Virus record (IMG/VR): IMGVR_UViG_2675903413_000005
Length of the DNA: 22,174 bases
Origin: a virus
Taxonomy: Duplodnaviria > Heunggongvirae > Uroviricota > Caudoviricetes
Reading direction: 5' to 3' (one strand)
A model generated the notes under the pieces. The model made no database searches. It saw only the letters and a list, made by a program, of their open reading frames with translations, and was not told the origin of the DNA. This document shows, piece by piece, positions 17,017-22,174 of the stretch. Position numbers and translations under genes: made by a program. Positions within the stretch are counted from its first letter, which is position 1; every line of letters begins with the position of its first letter.

Positions 17017-17250
17017 TCAATCTGGTCTGACCTGTTTTCTGAGCAATTCAGTAATGTCACTCTTTTCTTTGTTTGCTTCAGAAGAAACTCTTTTTTCTGA
17101 GCACAGTCTCCGGCGGCAGGCTTCAATGACCCAGGCTGAGAAATTCCCGGACCCTTTTTGCTCAAGAGCGATGTTAATTTGTTCAATCATTTGGTTAGGA
17201 AAGCGGATGTTGCGGGTTGTTGTTCTGCGGGTTCTGTTCTTCGTTGACAT
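17017..17250 (-). CDS. ynfO: YnfO-like small basic protein
   Basis: 77-aa ORF adjacent to the cos region, in the position of ynfO in K-12 Qin. Confidence 0.65.
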   Translation of the reverse strand: MSTKNRTRRTTTRNIRFPNQMIEQINIALEQKGSGNFSAWVIEACRRRLCSEKRVSSEANKEKSDITELLRKQVRPD

Positions 17251-17449
17251 GAGGTTGCCCCGTATTCAGTGTCGCTGATTTGTATTGTCTGAAGTTGTTT
17301 TTACGTTAAGTTGATGCAGATCAATTAATATGATACCTGCGTCATAATTGATTATTTGACGTGGTTTGATGGCGTAGATGCACGTTGTGACATGCAGATG
17401 ATAATTATTATCATTTTGCGGGTCCTTTCCGGCGATCCGACAGGTTACG

Positions 17450-17461
17450 GGGCGGTGACCT
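17450..17461 (+). other. Lambda-type cosN cohesive-end site (GGGCGGTGACCT) with flanking cosQ and cosB
   Basis: Matches the lambda 12-nt cohesive end GGGCGGCGACCT with one substitution; flanks match my recollection of the lambda right end and cosB region upstream of Nu1. Confidence 0.8.
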
Positions 17462-17638
17462 CGCGGGTTTTCGCTATTTATGAAAATTTTCCGGTTTAAG
17501 GCATTTCCGTTCTTCTTCGTCGTAACTTAATGTTTTTATTTAAAATACCCCCTGAAAAGAAAGGAAACGACAGGTGCTGAAAACGAGCTTTTGGGCCTCT
17601 GTCGTTTCCTTTCTCTGTTTTTGGCCGTGGAATGAACA

Positions 17639-18184
17639 ATGGAAGTCAACAAAAAGCAGCTGGCTGACATTTTCGGTGCGAGTATCCGTACCATTCAGAA
17701 CTGGCAGGAACAGGGAATGCCCGTTCTGCGAGGCGGTGGCAAGGGTAATGAGGTGCTTTATGACTCTGCCGCCGTTATAAGATGGTATGCCGAAAGGGAT
17801 GCTGAAATTGAGAACGAAAAGCTGCGCCGGGAAGTTGAAGAACTGCGGCAGGCCAGCGAGACAGATCTCCAGCCAGGGACTATTGAGTACGAACGCCATC
17901 GACTTACGCGTGCGCAGGCCGACGCACAGGAGCTGAAAAATGCCAGAGACTCCGCTGAAGTGGTGGAAACCGCATTCTGTACTTTCGTGCTGTCGCGGAT
18001 CGCAGGTGAAATTGCCAGTATTCTCGACGGGATCCCCCTGTCGGTGCAGCGGCGTTTTCCGGAACTGGAAAACCGACATGTTGATTTCCTGAAACGGGAT
18101 ATCATCAAAGCCATGAACAAAGCAGCCGCGCTGGATGAACTGATACCGGGGTTGCTGAGTGAATATATCGAACAGTCAGGTTAA
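17639..18184 (+). CDS. nu1: Terminase small subunit Nu1 (lambda-type)
   Basis: 181-aa ORF MEVNKKQLADIFGASIRTIQNWQEQGMPVLRGGGKGNEVLYDSAAV..., near-identical to lambda Nu1 as recalled; sits immediately downstream of cos. Confidence 0.95.
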   Translation: MEVNKKQLADIFGASIRTIQNWQEQGMPVLRGGGKGNEVLYDSAAVIRWYAERDAEIENEKLRREVEELRQASETDLQPGTIEYERHRLTRAQADAQELKNARDSAEVVETAFCTFVLSRIAGEIASILDGIPLSVQRRFPELENRHVDFLKRDIIKAMNKAAALDELIPGLLSEYIEQSG

Positions 18185-19642
18185 CAGGCTGCGGCATTTT
18201 GTCCGCGCCGGGCTTCGCTCACTGTTCAGGCCGGAGCCACAGACCGCCGTTGAATGGGCGGATGCTAATTACTATCTCCCGAAAGAATCCGCATACCAGG
18301 AAGGGCGCTGGGAAACACTGCCCTTTCAGCGGGCCATCATGAATGCGATGGGCAGCGACTACATCCGTGAGGTGAATGTGGTGAAGTCTGCCCGTGTCGG
18401 TTATTCCAAAATGCTGCTGGGTGTTTATGCCTACTTTATAGAGCATAAGCAGCGCAACACCCTTATCTGGTTGCCGACGGATGGTGATGCCGAGAACTTT
18501 ATGAAAACCCACGTTGAGCCGACCATCCGCGATATTCCGTCGCTGCTGGCGCTGGCTCCGTGGTATGGCAAAAAGCACCGGGATAACACGCTCACTATGA
18601 AGCGTTTTTCCAATGGTCGTGGCTTCTGGTGCCTGGGCGGTAAAGCGGCAAAAAACTACCGTGAAAAGTCGGTGGATGTGGCGGGTTATGATGAACTTGC
18701 TGCCTTTGATGAGGATATTGAACAGGAAGGCTCTCCGACGTTCCTTGGCGACAAACGTTTGAAGGCTCGGTCTGGCCAAAGTCCATCCGTGGCTCCACGC
18801 CCAAAGTGAGAGGCACCTGCCAGATTGAGCGTGCAGCCAGTGAATCCCTGCATTTTATGCGTTTTCATGTTGCCTGCCCGCACTGCGGGGAGGAGCAGTA
18901 TCTTAAATTTGGCGACAAAGAGACGCCGTTTGGCCTCAAATGGACGCCGGATGACCCCTCCAGCGTGTTTTATCTCTGCGAGCATAATGCCTGCGTCATC
19001 CGCCAGCAGGAGCTGGACTTTACTGATGCCCGTTATATCTGCGAAAAGACCGGGATCTGGACCCGTGATGGCATTCTCTGGTTTTCGTCATCCGGTGAAG
19101 AGATTGAGCCGCCGGACAGTGTGACCTTTCACATCTGGACGGCGTACAGCCCGTTCACCACCTGGGTGCAGATTGTCAAAGACTGGATGAAGACGAAAGG
19201 GGATACGGGAAAACGTAAAACCTTCGTGAACACCACGCTCGGTGAGACATGGGAAGCGAAAATCGGCGAACGTCCGGATGCTGAGGTGATGGCGGAGCGG
19301 AAAGAGCATTATTCAGCGCCCGTTCCTGACCGTGTGGCTTACCTGACCGCCGGTATCGACTCCCAGCTGGACCGCTACGAAATGCGCGTATGGGGATGGG
19401 GGCCGGGTGAGGAAAGCTGGCTGATTGACCGGCAGATTATTATGGGTCGCCACGACGATGAACAGACGCTGCTGCGTGTGGATGAGGCCATCAATAAAAC
19501 CTATACCCGCCGGAATGGTGCAGAAATGTCGGTATCCCGTATCTGCTGGGATACTGGCGGGATTGACCCGACCATTGTGTATGAACGCTCGAAAAAACAT
19601 GGGCTGTTCCGGGTGATCCCCATTAAAGGGGCATCCGTCTAA
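18159..19642 (+). pseudogene. A: Terminase large subunit A, N-terminal ~495 codons; frameshifted near 18759 and truncated at an inversion junction near 19640
   Basis: Two consecutive ORFs (18159..18809 and 18806..19642) together read as continuous lambda gpA sequence; the first leaves the gpA frame after GDKR; the second ends ...IPIKGASV at a TAA. Confidence 0.9.
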
Positions 19643-19950
19643 TGCCGTTGTAACCGGTCATCCCCGAGTACGGCTGCAGCGCCCGCGTCCGGCTGACCAG
19701 CGTGCCGGACACCGGCAGCACGGCGATGCCGTTCATGACCTGATAACTGCGGGCCTGTCGTGGTCCGTCATCATCACCGGATAATGCCAGCGTCGCGAGT
19801 GCCTCCTGGGCAGTCAGGCTGTCGCCGGACACCGCATCCGTCAGGCGGCTGATCCCAAGCTGGCCTGCAAGCGCACAAAAGAAAACCCGCGCATAGGCGG
19901 GTTCAAGCATCAGCGGCTCATTAAAAGCCATGCTGGCAATATGCGGGAGA

Positions 19951-19970
<20 letters not shown>
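19623..19970 (-). pseudogene. C: Capsid assembly protease C, N-terminal fragment (about 110 codons) ending at the inversion junction
   Basis: GTG start at 19970; MTAELRNLPHIASMAFNEPLMLEPAYARVFFCALAGQ... as in lambda gpC through ...MTGYNGI, then 5 unrelated codons (antisense of A) and a stop. Confidence 0.85.

Positions 19971-22174
<2,204 letters not shown>

Overview
The whole 22.2 kb window reads as a defective lambdoid prophage of the E. coli Qin / phage-21 / lambda mosaic type. Calls rest on reading the ORF translations and DNA by eye and on recalled family knowledge; no database search was run. Left arm (minus strand): tyrosine integrase, excisionase-like protein, a 744-aa DEDDh exonuclease and small early ORFs. 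A divergent region at 4.55-4.77 kb starts a rightward accessory block: an HTH-like 140-aa protein translationally coupled to a small DPPH-motif methyltransferase, then an odd array of three 36-codon ORFs, then an AT-rich two-helix membrane peptide. An rve-type DDE transposase (IS481/ISNCY-like) follows, preceded by a highly structured leader. Cargo genes come next: flxA with a sigma-28 promoter, relB-relE-hokD with its relO operator, a Q-like zinc-finger protein, and cspF/cspB. Then a phage-21-type lysis cassette (dual-start pinholin, YdfR-like, SAR endolysin, nested Rz/Rz1), cspI, gnsB, ydfO and ynfO. The right end carries a lambda-type cos site, Nu1, and a terminase large-subunit gene that is frameshifted and then cut by an inversion. 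The inverted block carries C (N-terminal fragment), portal B, W and the C-terminal part of A on the opposite strand. No tRNA, rRNA or CRISPR array was seen. The most unusual items are the three-ORF array at 5.8-6.4 kb, the structured region upstream of the transposase, and the packaging-module inversion beside an intact cos/Nu1.
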